Below are positions 61,276 through 64,000 of a stretch of DNA of 64,000 nucleotides, one piece after another. Source of the DNA: Candidatus Dojkabacteria bacterium (GTDB taxonomy: Bacteria > Patescibacteriota > Dojkabacteria > JAOAGR01); the NCBI GenBank assembly GCA_025999155.1, contig AP026679.1, positions 163,996 through 227,995 of the forward strand. The letters run 5' to 3'. The position numbers and the translations under genes are program-made. The first letter of the stretch is position 1; each line of letters begins with the position of its first letter. The notes beneath the pieces were generated by a model. That model was given only the letters and a program-made list of their open reading frames with translations. It was not told the origin of the DNA and did not search any database.

Positions 61276-64000
61276 TTATAAACCGACTACATTTCTCGGC
61301 ACATGACTCGACGAAGTGACAAACAAATCTCCATACCACAGAACATAGCGTGGATCATAATCTATATGTAGAATAGGATTTACAAAATCACGAAAATTAA
61401 TATTACTTAGACTATTATTACCAGTATTTCCACTCGCGACAATCCCGCGTGAATAGACCAATCCTCTGACGATATTAGTCCTATACGAATTTGATGTAAC
61501 AATATAACCAGAAGCCAACATAGCACCGTTATATACCGATATGGAGCTACGATCCCTAAAATTGCCCAGTATGATATTGCCTTTTTTATTAACATACATG
61601 CGTCTTTGTTGCAATTTATGGGGAGTATATGCCTGGTAAAACACACGATTCAGTATGGGCGGACTTTGCGACAACACAGCCTCACTAATCCTTCCCACAG
61701 TCATATTACATGTAACTTGGGTATCACACACCACGATAAAATTTCTGTCAAGAGAATCCACATCATCGTTTATAAATACGTTGACTGATGTACCTAACCC
61801 AGAGTTTGATGTTATTACGACAGCCTGATAACTTGTTTCAATACTACTTAGATTTAGTACTGTACTATTAGAAGTTAGGGAAATATTCTTAATTTCGTTT
61901 CGAGGGATGTTTTGAAGCACATCGAATTGACTGAGATTAATAACACTACCTAGAGACGATCTCGGATAACACCAACTTGTGACCGAGGCATTCCTGTAAT
62001 TATTACAATTCAATAAACCCTCAATTAAATAATCGCTAAGAAACGGCCTTGTACCAATATTCATATTCACCGAACGAGCAGGACTCCCTATGTATACTTT
62101 CGGGATATTTGTCACATAAAATCCTACATCACCTCCCGTAGTAGAAACCTTCAAAGGACCACCGCCAGAACCACCGCCAGAAGAACTACCGTCCCGGTTA
62201 CAATAATCATACATAGATAATTCATTTAAAGTAATCGATTCTTTCCATTTACTATCTGACGACGTTTCAATCACACGACCCGTACTGTCCTTCACATAAG
62301 CTACATAAAAGAAATTGCGTTGATTAAGGAAACGATTTAAAGAGTCGACCGTGGGAGATTGAAAATTCCCTGGGTCGAATCGCACAGTAAATAGCAAAGA
62401 GGCGTTGTTCCCCCCGTTGAAACTCACCGAGTGTACACTGACTCCCAGAGCATTTTGTTGAAAGCTCTGATCGCTAGCCACAGGTATGTATGGCTGGGGC
62501 AACATAGATGTATTGGGAGATCCGTAGTTATTATCAAAGGGTAACGTAGAACCACTATACGGATGACTACTGCCGCCGGGGAATAGGGCGACTACAATTT
62601 TGCTGACCGTCGCATTAGGCACATTTGAAGCCTGTACGTCCATTCTGAATCGTAGGTCAAAGGCATTTGTCGCCGCAGGAAACACACAATTTTCTATTCT
62701 TGCTTGGGTAACCTTAGGCTTTGAAAAAGGCACAATACCTAGATTAGTTTGGCATGAGCTCTCGGTCGCGTATGTCGTAATCCCTGGAAGCTTAAACCGT
62801 ACCCTCAACGAGTTTATCGAACCGTTGACTATATATTCATTGGATGCAATGGATGTGTAATCGAAGGTTCTCGAAAACGTAAAAACATTATTTCCACTTA
62901 TCGTCGCGACACCTGATTGGGAAGCAAGAACGACATTGTCTAACGTCGGATGTAGCAGATCAATCTGAGCATTCTCATTAGGCTTCGTGGTAGTACCAGA
63001 GAATGTGATGTTTACAACGGGATTCTCCGGTGTCATCTGGGAAGAATTCATGACCACACCGAAACATGCATCCCTGCCCTGTCCAAATGGAATGTCGGCC
63101 CTCCATATTCCCCTCTGATTAACCGGATTAGGCACCGCCGGTCGCGCGATATGTTCAGTGTTGTCGTTAGCAGTAAAGAGAGCCCTATGCGTCAGAGAAT
63201 AGAATACAGTGTCTACAGGGACATCAACCCCCACACCACTTTGCGCGTATTCACGGCTATACCAGAGTAAATTAGTTGGATCTCGTGTATCACCTACTAA
63301 ATTATTGCCCACATCCCCATCATAATCCCAATCGGCAGCCCTCGGGACCGCATTCCAATTACCGCTCGAATCTTTAACGAGATCCATCTGTAGTAGTCTA
63401 TGTACCCCATTGTTGTGAAACGTAAAATACTTACCCGCGACATCCAGGTCAGAAACCGTAATACCACCAGGTTTACAATTTACCACCCTATTGTTGTTTA
63501 TATACCAATCAAAACCAGAAGGTACCGGACCAATACGATTGGCTATGCAAAAAGTAAATCCAAATAAAATCTTAACTCCGTTACCGTTGTTATATGGGAT
63601 TTCCGTAAACGAGCCTCCATTAATTCTTATCTCACCTTTTTGTGGTTCATTTGCAGGATTACAATTGCTATGCTCAAAATTATGATTACTATTGATGCGG
63701 TTCTTATTACCTATCCAATATGTACTAGCTTTACTGATTCTGCCATTCGCTGGGTTGATATAGAAATTCGCTATAACCATACGAATGGTACACCTACTGC
63801 TCTCATTAATGTATCCTGCAGCAAAAAATAAGCTGCCGTCTGGAGCTGTGTACTGATCGATGATCTGGAACCATAACGACCTGGGAAATGAATGATATCC
63901 TTCATTAAAGTACACCCACCGACCGTTCTCATAGTAAGCATCATTGAAAAACTCTTTTGAGTCGCTCTCTCTGAAATCATTATCTTTAAAGAGACATGAT
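61276..64000 (-). CDS. large surface or secreted protein, N-terminus beyond the window edge, upstream of pilM
   Basis: The 879-aa ORF continues in frame without a stop to the window boundary, so the protein exceeds 900 aa. The sequence is N/G/S/T-rich and beta-rich, with a SSSGGGSGGGP linker. No enzymatic motif was recognised. Lies 29 nt upstream of pilM on the same strand. Confidence 0.5.
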   Translation of the reverse strand, partial: SCLFKDNDFRESDSKEFFNDAYYENGRWVYFNEGYHSFPRSLWFQIIDQYTAPDGSLFFAAGYINESSRCTIRMVIANFYINPANGRISKASTYWIGNKNRINSNHNFEHSNCNPANEPQKGEIRINGGSFTEIPYNNGNGVKILFGFTFCIANRIGPVPSGFDWYINNNRVVNCKPGGITVSDLDVAGKYFTFHNNGVHRLLQMDLVKDSSGNWNAVPRAADWDYDGDVGNNLVGDTRDPTNLLWYSREYAQSGVGVDVPVDTVFYSLTHRALFTANDNTEHIARPAVPNPVNQRGIWRADIPFGQGRDACFGVVMNSSQMTPENPVVNITFSGTTTKPNENAQIDLLHPTLDNVVLASQSGVATISGNNVFTFSRTFDYTSIASNEYIVNGSINSLRVRFKLPGITTYATESSCQTNLGIVPFSKPKVTQARIENCVFPAATNAFDLRFRMDVQASNVPNATVSKIVVALFPGGSSHPYSGSTLPFDNNYGSPNTSMLPQPYIPVASDQSFQQNALGVSVHSVSFNGGNNASLLFTVRFDPGNFQSPTVDSLNRFLNQRNFFYVAYVKDSTGRVIETSSDSKWKESITLNELSMYDYCNRDGSSSGGGSGGGPLKVSTTGGDVGFYVTNIPKVYIGSPARSVNMNIGTRPFLSDYLIEGLLNCNNYRNASVTSWCYPRSSLGSVINLSQFDVLQNIPRNEIKNISLTSNSTVLNLSSIETSYQAVVITSNSGLGTSVNVFINDDVDSLDRNFIVVCDTQVTCNMTVGRISEAVLSQSPPILNRVFYQAYTPHKLQQRRMYVNKKGNIILGNFRDRSSISVYNGAMLASGYIVTSNSYRTNIVRGLVYSRGIVASGNTGNNSLSNINFRDFVNPILHIDYDPRYVLWYGDLFVTSSSHVPRNVVGL

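Overview
This is a low-GC, densely packed bacterial chromosome segment. It has overlapping stops and starts and short operons, and I found no integrase, transposase or CRISPR array. The gene content is mainly housekeeping, and the content and architecture fit a reduced-genome bacterium, possibly a Patescibacteria/CPR-like lineage; that assignment is inference only. Recognisable genes are rpmH-rnpA, topA, RNase J, an ATP-dependent DNA ligase, ADP-forming acetyl-CoA synthetase, uvrB, a CCA-adding enzyme, trpS, tgt, pcrA/uvrD, secA, rnhA, yidD-ftsW/rodA, an HrpA-like DEAH helicase, glyA, gyrB and a pilMNO type IV pilus module. There are three tRNAs: Leu-GAG, Leu-UAG and Glu-CUC. Among these sit a number of cell-envelope and surface genes: a GH73-like hydrolase, dacA, an SLT lytic transglycosylase, a GH18-like protein, a 1725-aa secreted protein with a VanW-like end, and a partial surface protein of more than 900 aa upstream of pilM. 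The most unusual items are (i) a three-gene operon of ADP-forming acyl-CoA synthetase, a 6-TM membrane protein and a RimK-type ATP-grasp ligase fused to a retropepsin-like aspartic protease; (ii) two tandem, mosaic paralogous membrane-anchored surface proteins, one carrying an in-frame (ATATTT)5 microsatellite; (iii) a roughly 1.8-kb gene-poor tract holding a decayed reading frame with two in-frame TAA stops; (iv) an OmpR-type winged-helix regulator with no receiver domain, paired with a cytoplasmic clan GH-A-like protein; and (v) a tgt gene that has lost all three zinc-ligand cysteines. All calls come from motif recognition in the six-frame ORF track and from reading the DNA by eye. No database search was possible.
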